A DNA stretch of 64,000 nucleotides from Salinispira sp. (GTDB lineage Bacteria > Spirochaetota > Spirochaetia > DSM-27196 > Salinispiraceae), in contig OZ271918.1 in assembly GCA_965602015.1 (NCBI GenBank), positions 608,001 through 672,000 on the forward strand, given 5' to 3'. Below, piece by piece: positions 10,116 to 19,509 of the stretch (its first letter is position 1; every line of letters starts with the position of its first letter). The position numbers and the translations under genes were made by a program. The notes under the pieces were generated by a model. That model had not been told where the DNA came from. It saw only the letters and a list, made by a program, of their open reading frames with translations, and ran no database searches.

Positions 10116-10625
10116 ATGTTCCGCATCGTACCAAAGAGTACATTTTCCCCGGGAGGAACCGGGCAAAATCTGTTTCCGACGGTTTCCGGCAGTAATCTCC
10201 TGCGCGAGGAGATGGAGTTTCCCCGCGATTTTGGTAAGGACATAAACCTGGTGTTTGTTCCCTTCCTACAGCGCCAACAGTATGATGTAAACTCCTGGCT
10301 TCCCTTCACCGGGGAACTGGAACTGAAATATCCTCAGCTTACCCATTATGAGTTTCCAACGATTGACGATTATTCAGCCATAGCGAGGACATTTATCAAC
10401 GAAGGAATGCGGGCAGGCATAGCGGACCCGGATACCCGCTATCGCACGGTCACCCTCTATATCGACCTTCGGGGGTTTATGAAAACCCTCGGAATCCCGG
10501 ACAACAGCGAGATACATGTATTTCTGGTTTCTAAATCAGGGGAAATACTCTGGCGCTGTGCCGGCTCATTTACCCGGGACAAGGGTGATGAGCTCATGGA
10601 TTTTATTGCCTCCCTGAAGAGCTGA
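10116..10625 (+). CDS. Thioredoxin-like fold hypothetical protein (ATP10-like)
   Basis: FPTVSG.NL, Q..VNSW, FINEGMRAGI, VFLV...GEILW. Confidence 0.65.
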   Translation: MFRIVPKSTFSPGGTGQNLFPTVSGSNLLREEMEFPRDFGKDINLVFVPFLQRQQYDVNSWLPFTGELELKYPQLTHYEFPTIDDYSAIARTFINEGMRAGIADPDTRYRTVTLYIDLRGFMKTLGIPDNSEIHVFLVSKSGEILWRCAGSFTRDKGDELMDFIASLKS

Positions 10626-10634
10626 TTGCAGCAT

Positions 10635-10673
10635 TGCCCCGTAAGCCGCCAAATCAGCTGTTTTCGGGGCACT
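10635..10673. repeat. Short copy of the TGCCCC...CAGCTGAT repeat family
   Basis: TGCCCCG-TAAGCCGCCAA-ATCAGCTGTTTTCGGGGCACT; right half matches the ends at 45303, 50028 and 55870. Confidence 0.8.
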
Positions 10674-10718
10674 CACAAAAGGTTTGACTAGCCGTTGTGA
10701 TGTACTATTTTCTATCAC

Positions 10719-11243
10719 ATGCTACTGTATACGTTCCGATTCGCCGAGAAGTATCCCGATGATCAACTTCGGTTGAGAATTCTCGCCGCATTTGCGGAAT
10801 TCGGCCCCGGTATCCTGACAAATGAAAGCATAGGTATTTGGGGGCCCCCGGCCGGAACACCCGAGCACTCTGATATTATGATTTATCTCGGGACACAAGA
10901 AGACCCGGACTCCATCGGTGCAGATATCTGCATTTCAGAGGCTGATCCAAGGAAGATTTGGGCCGGCATCATGGCTGTTGCATCGGGACTTAGTAAGACA
11001 GTAGATCCAAAGCTGACAGCCGATGCTCGTGGATTGGAAGCGGCTGTCATGCCCAGTCCTCGTGAGAGGGAAGTCCTGGAGCTTCTTGCCGACGGTGAGA
11101 CCAACAAAGCCGCAGCCGACATGCTTCATCTTTCGATTTCCACGGTAAAATTCCATATCAGAAACCTCATGGATAAAACCGGTACGGCTTCCCGGGCTGA
11201 GCTGGTGGCCGAATCCATTCGGCGGGGCTGGATTGGCATTTAA
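10719..11243 (+). CDS. LuxR-type HTH regulator with degenerate receiver-like N-terminus
   Basis: SPREREVLELLADGETNK....L.LS.STVKFH. Confidence 0.85.
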   Translation: MLLYTFRFAEKYPDDQLRLRILAAFAEFGPGILTNESIGIWGPPAGTPEHSDIMIYLGTQEDPDSIGADICISEADPRKIWAGIMAVASGLSKTVDPKLTADARGLEAAVMPSPREREVLELLADGETNKAAADMLHLSISTVKFHIRNLMDKTGTASRAELVAESIRRGWIGI

Positions 11244-11403
11244 GATCGGCGGCGCCATAGCCAAGTGATCAGCAGGCTATACTGGATAGCGCGCATGGTG
11301 CCTGTTCTATGGAAGCAAATGTCTCCCGCCCGCCGCCACCTGACCAAATGGCCAGCTATCCAGATCTTCATGAGAGGATTACCTTCTTACTACGGAGGTC
11401 ATT

Positions 11404-12240
11404 ATGGAAGGACAATCAGTATTTAAATCGGCAGCGCCCTGGGTTTATGGCGTTCTTGAAAACAATCATCCCCGGGTTTCTGCCCTGCACATAGAAAAGG
11501 GGCTGTTGGCAACGGTCTCTCATCCCCTCGAAGACCCCAAGGCGATCAGTATTGTCACTGGAGACGGGAAAACGGTCTCGGCTGAGGTTCTCGGCTGGGA
11601 TAATCGCTATGATGTTGCTTTTCTCCAGGCGGAAATACCCGATGTCCCCGGAGATATTGGCAATATCACTGAGCTTGAACCCGGCCAGAGCATCTATAGC
11701 CTGGGCATGGATGCCAGGGGCTTGCGCATTCACCAAGGTCTGGTAGCTCAGGTTTCGCCTCGAAGGGATTTGCCTATGGGAGGAATCCTGGAGCCGGCGG
11801 TCGAAGTTGACGGCAGCCTAAGTCATAGTATGAGCGGGGGAGGGCTCTTCGGTTCGGATGCCAAACCCTATGGAATGAACTCCCTTCTGCCCCGGGACCG
11901 GGGTATGACTTTGGACATGCCATTACTCCAGCGCTTGGCGGCCGAGATTCGTCAACGGGGAAGTGCAAAACCGGGATTTCTCGGTGTGGTAAGTGTAGAA
12001 GCCCGGACCGGCGACGGCAGAAAAGGGCTCATAATAACCGAGGTGCGACGGGATTCACCGGCTCACAAGGGCGGATTAAAGACCGGGGACATTATCCTCA
12101 CTATCGCCGGCGAGAGCACTGAATCCTCAGCTGACTTGTTCCGCATTTTGCGCAGGATGAGCCAGGGTGAAGAAGCAAAAATCCTCATTCTTCGGGGTGA
12201 GAGTGAGCAGACTATCACAATAGCTCTCGGGAGCCGATAA
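11404..12240 (+). CDS. S1C (HtrA-like) serine protease with PDZ domain, no signal peptide
   Basis: TVSH, RYDVA, SMSGG triad region; GFLGV and SPAHKGGLKTGDII PDZ. Confidence 0.8.
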   Translation: MEGQSVFKSAAPWVYGVLENNHPRVSALHIEKGLLATVSHPLEDPKAISIVTGDGKTVSAEVLGWDNRYDVAFLQAEIPDVPGDIGNITELEPGQSIYSLGMDARGLRIHQGLVAQVSPRRDLPMGGILEPAVEVDGSLSHSMSGGGLFGSDAKPYGMNSLLPRDRGMTLDMPLLQRLAAEIRQRGSAKPGFLGVVSVEARTGDGRKGLIITEVRRDSPAHKGGLKTGDIILTIAGESTESSADLFRILRRMSQGEEAKILILRGESEQTITIALGSR

Positions 12241-12245
12241 ACCCG

Positions 12246-12416
12246 GTGCTCGATTCTCGCCAGGGGCTTGATCACCGGGGATTCGCCGATCACGGGGGAT
12301 CGTTCCCCATCACGGTGCAGGGTACCGGCGTGGTAGCTGCGATTACCGTTTCCGGGCTTCCTCAAGAAGATGACCACGCCCTGGTTGTGGAGGTGCTTGG
12401 CGCTTTTTGTCTCTGA
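12246..12416 (+). pseudogene. C-terminal remnant of a heme-degrading domain (UPF0303/GlcG-HbpS) protein
   Basis: Own translation: ...FADHGGSFPITVQGTGVVAAITVSGLPQEDDHALVVEVL*; N-terminal part missing. Confidence 0.7.
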
Positions 12417-12448
12417 AACCCCTGGCTTGTGGTCGGGAGCGAAACACA

Positions 12449-13711
12449 TTATTCGCCTAGGCCTGCATACTCCCGGGCTACAGCATCTAGAGCATCTTCA
12501 GGTGACAATTCTCCTCTCCAGGCCAGAGTATAATATTCACTGAGGATTGTGTTCATTGTCACGGTTTGGGGGTGCACGGGCTTCGCAACCCCAAAATCCA
12601 GTTGACCTTTGAATGCCGAAATAATCGGGTTTTCCTGAACCTCCGGGATGTCATACGTTGAGGAGCGGGTAGGGAGCAGGTTTGCCTCCAATGCAAATCT
12701 GGCTTGATTTCCCGGGCTGGTGAGGAACTGTATAAACTCATAAATCTCCTGCGGGTAGCGCGCTGTTGAAGATATTACATAGTGGTGACCGCCCAGCGGG
12801 CTCGCCTTGATGCCCGACGGACCTTCGGGCAACGGGGCAATGCCAAGATTATCCGGGTCTGAGAAGGCATTGAGAACCGATGCAGTTGCCCAGGGACCGT
12901 TTATAATCATGCCGACTTCTCCGTTCTGGAATGCCTCTAGAATGTAGGAATAATCCGAGGCGAGATCCGGCAGTTCGGGAAACAGCGAACCTTTGTTCTG
13001 TACGATGTACTCGAGGGCTGCCAGTGAATCATCATTATTGATAAGAATCGTGCCGTCGGGAGCCATCATTCCGCCGCCAAAACTAAAGACAAAGGCGAGA
13101 AACCAATGCCCCTGGCTACCCCGGAGCATGAACCCTTCCTTGCCGGTCGCAGATTTGATATCAGACGCTATGGTTTCCAGTTCGCTTAGAGTTCGCGGAG
13201 GGTTCGTGTGGCCCGATTCGGAGAGAAGGTGCTTGTTGAAGAACAATCCTAAAACATCGGTCACCTGGGGTATACCGTAAATGCCGCCGTCGTATCTGCC
13301 TGAGGCAAGGGTCTGAGGCAGAAAATCGCTCAGGTCACCGTCCCCGATAAACGGGGATAACTCCAGTAAGTAGCCTTGGTCAACCAGCCCGGCAATCCAC
13401 GATATTTCTGCACGGAAGAGTTCAGGAGGATTTCCCGCGCTACTGGCAAGAATATAGCTGTCCAGAGCATCGTAGAAACTAACATTTCTCACCGTGATGT
13501 CCACATCCGGGTTTATTTCGCGATACTCGTCAACCATGGCGTTTAGTATCATCGACTCTTCAACGTTCATGGTATGATGAAACTCAAACGAAACCTGTCT
13601 CTGAAACCCCTCGCCAGAGTCATTACACGAACCGAGACCGAGGGACAACACCAAGACAAAAGCCGCCGCTGACCATATTCGCACGTGAAGGGGTTTAATC
13701 GATTTATTCAT
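12449..13711 (-). CDS. Sugar ABC-type extracellular solute-binding lipoprotein
   Basis: Lipobox LGSC; YDGGIYGIPQ, FQNGEVGMIINGPW. Confidence 0.88.
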   Translation of the reverse strand: MNKSIKPLHVRIWSAAAFVLVLSLGLGSCNDSGEGFQRQVSFEFHHTMNVEESMILNAMVDEYREINPDVDITVRNVSFYDALDSYILASSAGNPPELFRAEISWIAGLVDQGYLLELSPFIGDGDLSDFLPQTLASGRYDGGIYGIPQVTDVLGLFFNKHLLSESGHTNPPRTLSELETIASDIKSATGKEGFMLRGSQGHWFLAFVFSFGGGMMAPDGTILINNDDSLAALEYIVQNKGSLFPELPDLASDYSYILEAFQNGEVGMIINGPWATASVLNAFSDPDNLGIAPLPEGPSGIKASPLGGHHYVISSTARYPQEIYEFIQFLTSPGNQARFALEANLLPTRSSTYDIPEVQENPIISAFKGQLDFGVAKPVHPQTVTMNTILSEYYTLAWRGELSPEDALDAVAREYAGLGE

Positions 13712-13794
13712 AAGCGTTCCTGAATACAGTGTATGCCAGACTTACCCGCAAAATCAAATTGCCCGGACTGGTACTTTTCAGGTTAGAATAGGGC

Positions 13795-15804
13795 GTGAGC
13801 ATTCGAGGCAAACTCCTTCTGTGGAGCTATATAATAGTTATACTCGTAATTGCGGCCCTGACAACTTCCATAATCTTTGTGACCCGATCCTCCATGGAAC
13901 AGCGGGTGATATTGTCGGTGCAGGATATTCTGAATCAGGTAAACCGGAATATAAACCTGCGGCTTCAGGATCTCAACGACACCTCATTGCTCCTCTACTC
14001 CAATGGCGAAGTCAATGCTGTCCTGGGCAGAGATCAAAATATAACCGCAGCCGAGCAGCAGTCGGATGCCGATGCCCTCTCAGCGCTATTTCGAAGAACC
14101 CTCCAAATAAAGAGCGGGCTGAATATCCAAATATTTGATGAGCAGCGGGATTTTGCCCGGGAGAATATCGGCTCAAATGTCTTTGCCAGCAATCAGACGA
14201 GTATAAACATTGATTCTACCAGACTGCGGGCTGATCGCCTGTTCATTGACTATGTAAACTCCGATGATCCCTTTACCGTTGGCTACCTGCAACCGGAAAC
14301 CTGGCTGTACGCCGAGGATTATCTTATTCTTTTGAGGGAAATCCCCGGGGGATATCTTATAGTCAATACCCGTAAATCAAATATTAACGAAATCTACAGC
14401 GGATCAAATCTTGTGCGGGAGGGCGATGTATTCCTGGTGAGCACAGACGGTGATCTGATTTCAAGCTCCTGTCTGCCCTCAGATGTATCAGACGGATGCA
14501 GTCCCGTCGGCTTCGACTTTTTTGATTCATTGGCTGAGTTTGACTCCGGCTTTACCTGGGTTGAACAGGGGGGAGATGAATACCTCCTCAGCTTTATTAT
14601 GAATCGGGATTTCGAGCTTATACTTTATGCAATGCAGCCGCGGAATTCGGTTTTTCGCGATTTCATTGTTTTGAGAAACACCATAGTCGGGGTGACCATC
14701 GGCATTCTGTTAATAGTGGTGTTCATTATTTTCTCACTATCAGCGAAGTTCACCGATCCGCTAATAATTCTTACTGAAAAACTTGAGGCCCTCATCAAAA
14801 GCAAGGAGCACAAATCAGAGATTAACTCGTCGGAGCGCTTGAAGATTGAGGATTCCATCATCCATTTCTTGCAGGAGAAGTATCAGGCTGATGATGAGGT
14901 AGGCAGGCTGGCTGCAACTTTCTCATATATGGTGAAGATTCAACAGCAGTTTGATTCGGCCTTGGAAAAGGAAGTCGCTGAACGGACGGAAAGCCTTCGG
15001 CAGACCCTCCATTCTCTGGAAATTACTCAAGAACAGCTCATTCAAACCGAGAAAATAGCCGCGGTTGGAGCGCTGGTTGCGGGACTGGCTCATGAAATCA
15101 ACACGCCTATCGGCAACGCCCTCCTCAGCTCAAGTATGCTCCAGGATTTAGCCGACCTTATGCAGAAAATTGTGGAAAAAGATCAGGTGTCCCGATCCGT
15201 TCTTTTGGAAAATGCCGGCAAAATAGCAGAAGCATCTGAAGCGGTTCTCAACAACATTAAGCGATCTGCGGAATTAGTGAACAGTCTTAAGCATGTAGCT
15301 GTCAATCAGGATTCCGGTTCCCTCTCATCGTTTAAACTTCGCACGCTGGTTGAAAATGTACTCGGCACCTATGAGCAACGTTTCCGTGAGGGCAGTATCA
15401 CCACCATTATTGAGATACCCGAGGCACTGGTAATCGAAGGGTACTCGCCGGGAATTGTTCGCATTATTTCAAATCTGATAGATAACAGTCTTCTTCACGG
15501 GTTCGCGGGAGGGGCTGCCGGGACTATCAGTATTTGTGTATCAGGGCCGGTAGATGGGTACATCACCCTGGAATACGGCGATGACGGTACGGGTATCAGT
15601 CCGGAGGTGCAGCGGAAAATGTTCGACCCGTTCTACAGCACGCTTCGTGAAGCAAGCGGCGGCGGTCTTGGCCTGCATATTCTCTACAAACTTGTCTATG
15701 ATCAAATGAAGGGAAGGTTGGAGTGGGAATCCGCCCCGGGTTTGGGGGTGCGTTTTCTTATCAGTCTTCCGGTTTCACTTTCCACGGTCTCAACGGGTAC
15801 ATAA
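13795..15804 (+). CDS. Membrane sensor histidine kinase (Cache/HAMP/HisKA/HATPase)
   Basis: Two TMs; EKIAAVGALVAGLAHEINTP H-box; NLIDNS, DDGTG, FDPF, GLGL boxes. Confidence 0.9.
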   Translation: MSIRGKLLLWSYIIVILVIAALTTSIIFVTRSSMEQRVILSVQDILNQVNRNINLRLQDLNDTSLLLYSNGEVNAVLGRDQNITAAEQQSDADALSALFRRTLQIKSGLNIQIFDEQRDFARENIGSNVFASNQTSINIDSTRLRADRLFIDYVNSDDPFTVGYLQPETWLYAEDYLILLREIPGGYLIVNTRKSNINEIYSGSNLVREGDVFLVSTDGDLISSSCLPSDVSDGCSPVGFDFFDSLAEFDSGFTWVEQGGDEYLLSFIMNRDFELILYAMQPRNSVFRDFIVLRNTIVGVTIGILLIVVFIIFSLSAKFTDPLIILTEKLEALIKSKEHKSEINSSERLKIEDSIIHFLQEKYQADDEVGRLAATFSYMVKIQQQFDSALEKEVAERTESLRQTLHSLEITQEQLIQTEKIAAVGALVAGLAHEINTPIGNALLSSSMLQDLADLMQKIVEKDQVSRSVLLENAGKIAEASEAVLNNIKRSAELVNSLKHVAVNQDSGSLSSFKLRTLVENVLGTYEQRFREGSITTIIEIPEALVIEGYSPGIVRIISNLIDNSLLHGFAGGAAGTISICVSGPVDGYITLEYGDDGTGISPEVQRKMFDPFYSTLREASGGGLGLHILYKLVYDQMKGRLEWESAPGLGVRFLISLPVSLSTVSTGT

Positions 15805-15839
15805 GTATGAGCCCAGGTCTTTTTATATCCGCGTTTTAA

Positions 15840-15855
15840 AGTTGACGATACAACT
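15840..15855. promoter_or_regulatory. Candidate MarR/OhrR operator AGTTG-N6-CAACT overlapping the -35 of the marR promoter
   Basis: AGTTGACGATACAACT; same box upstream of gap. Confidence 0.65.
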
Positions 15856-15876
15856 ATAAAGCAGTACTTTGTATAC

Positions 15877-16302
15877 ATGTTTGAAGATTGTCTGTATTTC
15901 AATCTGAATGCCTTGACCAGAAGAGTGAATCACATCTGGCAGGAATCGTATGGAAGGTTAAATCTTACTCCTTCACAAGCCTACCTGCTGCGGGTTGTAT
16001 TGCATCAGCCGGGGATATCTCAATCAGAAATCGGAGCTGAGTTAAAGCTGGAAAAATCGACGGTGACCCGGCTCATCCCAAAGCTGGAGGAAAAGGGATT
16101 TATTGAGCGGATCATACCGGAGCAGAGAAAGAATCGGGAGCTTCAGGTGTACCCCAGCGATCGTGCGAAAAGCATGTCCGGCGAGTTGGAGAGCATCGGC
16201 GAATCGCTTCGGGCCTTGATGGTCGAGACAATCGGATTGGAACCATTTGAATCCACATTGGAAAAGGTAAAAAAAATGGAAGTCATTCTGGATATGGAAT
16301 GA
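15877..16302 (+). CDS. MarR family regulator (OhrR-like N-terminal Cys)
   Basis: MFEDCLYF; LEKSTVTRLIPKLEEKGFIER. Confidence 0.88.
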   Translation: MFEDCLYFNLNALTRRVNHIWQESYGRLNLTPSQAYLLRVVLHQPGISQSEIGAELKLEKSTVTRLIPKLEEKGFIERIIPEQRKNRELQVYPSDRAKSMSGELESIGESLRALMVETIGLEPFESTLEKVKKMEVILDME

Positions 16303-16325
16303 TAAGCAATAAACCCACACATAAA

Positions 16326-16341
16326 AGTTGTAATTACAACT
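16326..16341. promoter_or_regulatory. Perfect 16-bp palindrome, candidate MarR operator
   Basis: AGTTGTAATTACAACT just upstream of the gap RBS. Confidence 0.7.
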
Positions 16342-16357
16342 ATATAAGGAGGACTCA

Positions 16358-17359
16358 ATGAAACGAGTTGCAATTAATGGCTTTGGCAGGATCGGCAGGG
16401 CAGTGTTCAAGCTGATCTCCGAGGAAACAGACCTGGAAGTGGTGGCAATCAATGACCTGCTTCCTGCCGATGCCCTGGCGTATCTGCTTCAGTTCGACAC
16501 GGTGTACGGCAGGTATCCCAGCACGGTTATCGCATCGGGAGATACTCTTCTGGTCGGCGATGCTTCGGTTTTTATCAGCGCGGAGAAAGACCCTGAAAAA
16601 CTCCCCTGGAGGGATCTTGACATCGATATTGTCGTAGAATCCACCGGATTCTTTACCAAAATGGAGAAAGCGAAAGCCCACCTTGTAGCCGGTGCGAAGA
16701 AAGTGGTTATTTCAGCACCGACAAAAAGTCCCGAGCTAGCTACCGCCGTGTACGGAGTAGCCCATCCTGAATCGTCGGAGCCTAATATATTCAGTTGCGC
16801 ATCCTGCACTACCAACAGCATCGCACCGGTGGCAGAAGTAATGGCTCGCAGAGTCGGTGTAAAAAAAGCAATTCTGACCACCATTCATGCATACACGGCC
16901 TCTCATCAGATTGTCGATCTGCCTTCCAATAAAAAGCGGTTCGGCAGAGCTGCGGCACAGAATATAATTCCGGCTACCACAGGGGCAGCCATCGCCACCA
17001 CTAAAGTTCTTCCCCAGTTGTCGGGTAAATTTGATGGCACAGCAGTTCGCGTGCCCGTCGCCGTCGGATCACTCTCGGACATCACCTTTGTGACTGAACG
17101 CCCTGTCAGCAAAGAGGAAATCAACGAGATATTCAAGGAAGAAGCAGCGACACAACGGTATAAACAGGTCTTGGCTGTGAATGAAGAGGAAATTGTATCG
17201 TCTGATATTATCGGTAACCCTCACGCTGCCATTGTGGATTTGACCCTTACCCAGATTGTGGACGGAGATTTGGTAAAGATTTTTGCCTGGTATGACAACG
17301 AATGGGGCTACTCAAATCAGTTGGTCAGGGAGATAAAAAGCAGTCTGGGCCTGCAGTAG
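16358..17359 (+). CDS. gap: Type I glyceraldehyde-3-phosphate dehydrogenase
   Basis: INGFGRIGR, ASCTTN active site, WYDNEWGY. Confidence 0.95.
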   Translation: MKRVAINGFGRIGRAVFKLISEETDLEVVAINDLLPADALAYLLQFDTVYGRYPSTVIASGDTLLVGDASVFISAEKDPEKLPWRDLDIDIVVESTGFFTKMEKAKAHLVAGAKKVVISAPTKSPELATAVYGVAHPESSEPNIFSCASCTTNSIAPVAEVMARRVGVKKAILTTIHAYTASHQIVDLPSNKKRFGRAAAQNIIPATTGAAIATTKVLPQLSGKFDGTAVRVPVAVGSLSDITFVTERPVSKEEINEIFKEEAATQRYKQVLAVNEEEIVSSDIIGNPHAAIVDLTLTQIVDGDLVKIFAWYDNEWGYSNQLVREIKSSLGLQ

Positions 17360-17401
17360 AAAACGGATTGCCAAAGGTCTCTCTCATGGGCGAAGCCCTT
17401 T

Positions 17402-17540
17402 CTATGCTATGGAAATATTCAGAAGCACGTAGTGATCGTGATCTTCCCAGGTCCCCGCTATTTTCAGATAGCGGGGACTTGGGCCTTCACAGATAAAATT
17501 GAGCCGTTCCCCTGCAATAACAGAGGCATTCATTTCATTA
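17402..17540 (-). pseudogene. C-terminal remnant of RimJ/RimL-type GNAT
   Basis: N.SV...ERLNFICEG.SPRYLKIAGTWEDHDHYVLLN resembles the RimJ C-terminus; no N-terminal part. Confidence 0.6.
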
Positions 17541-17577
17541 CCTGCGCAGGGGGTAGGCATGCAATTTCTCAACGGGT

Positions 17578-18174
17578 ATGCTCGACCGGATGGATGAGAT
17601 AAGAAATCAAACCCATGCCCAGATACTTGATGTTGCGGAGTCAATGTTTATGGAACGGGGCTTGAAGTCGGTTCGGCTCGCAGAGGTGGTAGAGAAGCTT
17701 GGGATCAAGCATTCTGCGATTTATTATTATGCTCCCGGCGGCAAGACCGAGTTGTATGTTCAGGTGATTGAGCGGAGTCTTAATCGGCACCGCCAGGGGA
17801 TAGAGCGGGTTCTCTCAAAAGCCGAGGATTCTGCTGAAGCGAAGATAAACGCTGTCGCTCAATGGCTGCTGGATCAACCGCCGATGAATGTTACTCAGAT
17901 GGAGCGCTCGGATTTCGAACTCCTGGAGCCGCGTCAGGCTGAGCGATTAAATCATTTGCTATTGGCAGCCATGCTCACCCCGCTCTCCACTGCGCTCAAT
18001 GTATACGCCGATCGAGGTGAGTTAGCCACATCTGATACCGGATTAGTAGCATTGAGTCTTCTTACCCTTGTAGAAGCGGTTCACGCGTCCCGTCACCCTT
18101 TCCTTTCGAATATCAAGAAAGAGACCGTAGCATCGATTGTAGAACTCGTGCTTAAAGGAATTCTGCCAAGATAA
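17578..18174 (+). CDS. TetR/AcrR family regulator
   Basis: ILDVAESMFMERG...RLAEVVEKLGIKHSAIYYY..GKTEL. Confidence 0.9.
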   Translation: MLDRMDEIRNQTHAQILDVAESMFMERGLKSVRLAEVVEKLGIKHSAIYYYAPGGKTELYVQVIERSLNRHRQGIERVLSKAEDSAEAKINAVAQWLLDQPPMNVTQMERSDFELLEPRQAERLNHLLLAAMLTPLSTALNVYADRGELATSDTGLVALSLLTLVEAVHASRHPFLSNIKKETVASIVELVLKGILPR

Positions 18175-18189
18175 AAAAAATTTCTTTGG

Positions 18190-18213
18190 AATTTACTTAA
18201 TTGTAAGTAAATT
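18190..18213. promoter_or_regulatory. Candidate TetR operator
   Basis: AATTTACTTA-ATTG-TAAGTAAATT perfect 10-bp inverted repeat just before the next gene. Confidence 0.7.
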
Positions 18214-18219
18214 TAGAAT

Positions 18220-18822
18220 ATGATAAGGAAAGCAATTGATAATGCGGCAACACGGATGCCGCTAGGTTGGATTCTCTTTACCATCGCAGCGCTTGTTGCC
18301 TATTGGTCAGGAATCCTTGAAGTAATTGGATCTCACTTTCTCGTAGTAGCCAATGCTCCGCTTTTGGATCTCGAGAATGTGCAGTCTATTTTGACAGCTG
18401 ATGAAGCGCTGGCCGTGGTCCAACAATATAATGGGTCAGCGCAGACGCTTTATTTGATATTCTTCATTCTGGATACCATCTTTCCGCCCATCGTCTTCGG
18501 ATCATTCGCTTTGCTTTGGGCATTCATTCTTCAAAGAACGCCGTTCTCTTGGATGAAGTTTTTTCGAGGCAGTCCTATTCTCCTCATTCCCTTTGGGGTA
18601 GGTGTATTCGACTGGGTTGAAAACCTCTTTTTTCTCAATGTAATTGCCGTCGAAACAGCCAATCCTGTGCTTTTGCTTCAGATCGGTCTTGTTTTTGTGC
18701 GTCTGAAGGCTGCCATGCTATTCTCCACTTTTGGTATTACTGTCGCTCTTTCCATCATCGGATTTGCCGGTCTTTTTCGTCGCTCTCACCACAACCCAAG
18801 CAATACGGAGGTCTCATCATGA
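18220..18822 (+). CDS. Membrane protein (paralog 1)
   Basis: About 4 TMs; LD..FP and FDWVEN motifs. Confidence 0.75.
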   Translation: MIRKAIDNAATRMPLGWILFTIAALVAYWSGILEVIGSHFLVVANAPLLDLENVQSILTADEALAVVQQYNGSAQTLYLIFFILDTIFPPIVFGSFALLWAFILQRTPFSWMKFFRGSPILLIPFGVGVFDWVENLFFLNVIAVETANPVLLLQIGLVFVRLKAAMLFSTFGITVALSIIGFAGLFRRSHHNPSNTEVSS

Positions 18823-19415
18823 TTTCTCGGTTGTCAGCAGGTTTTCGTTGGATTTCGAATCGATGGTGGAGGGTACTCGCGGTATATATTCTCAACACGG
18901 CGCTTCTGTTTACAATGCTTGCGGTGGAAGACCGGTTCACCGAATTAACGGGGTACCCGGTTTTTGACACTCAAAACGAGCTGAGTCTTGTTGAGTTTGC
19001 TGAACAGCTTCAACTCTACAGAGGTGAGGCAAGAGCGATTTACCACTCGTTCGCCGTTTTTGATTTCTTTTTTCCTCTGGTAGGAGCGGTGTTCTTTTCA
19101 TCGTTTCTCGCCTTTCTCCTACGGCTCAATCCATCAAAATTGGCAGTGCAGATGACACGGCGCAATCTTTTTCTATTGCCACTGCTCGTTGCGGTGGCGG
19201 ATTGGATAGAAAATATCGGGTTTCTTGCGGTAGTTTCGGCTGGTGAGATGAAGGGCTTTTGGCCCGGCTTGGCGATTCTCGCCAAGCGAATGAAGCTCTT
19301 TCTCTTAGGGTTTAGCGCAGTTTTGCTCGCGGCAGCTGCTATCTTTCTGGTGATCGAAGGTATTAAAACCCGTCGAAAGGAAAGGAACGGCACGCAAACT
19401 GAGCAATCGCTTTAA
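18819..19415 (+). CDS. Membrane protein (paralog 2)
   Basis: ATGA overlap; FD..FP and ADWIEN motifs shared with the upstream gene. Confidence 0.75.
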   Translation: MISRLSAGFRWISNRWWRVLAVYILNTALLFTMLAVEDRFTELTGYPVFDTQNELSLVEFAEQLQLYRGEARAIYHSFAVFDFFFPLVGAVFFSSFLAFLLRLNPSKLAVQMTRRNLFLLPLLVAVADWIENIGFLAVVSAGEMKGFWPGLAILAKRMKLFLLGFSAVLLAAAAIFLVIEGIKTRRKERNGTQTEQSL

Positions 19416-19509
19416 AACAGCAACCATCAAATTGGTAGCAAGGTGGCATAAAAATCGGCAGGAAGTGTCTTGTTTTCTACAGGCCAAGAAGAGAGCATTC
19501 CTGCCGGTT

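Noticed and set aside
16358..17359. gap as part of a GAPDH-ArsJ arsenate resistance module
   Set aside because: No arsJ/MFS neighbour, and it is 19 kb from the ArsM-like gene.
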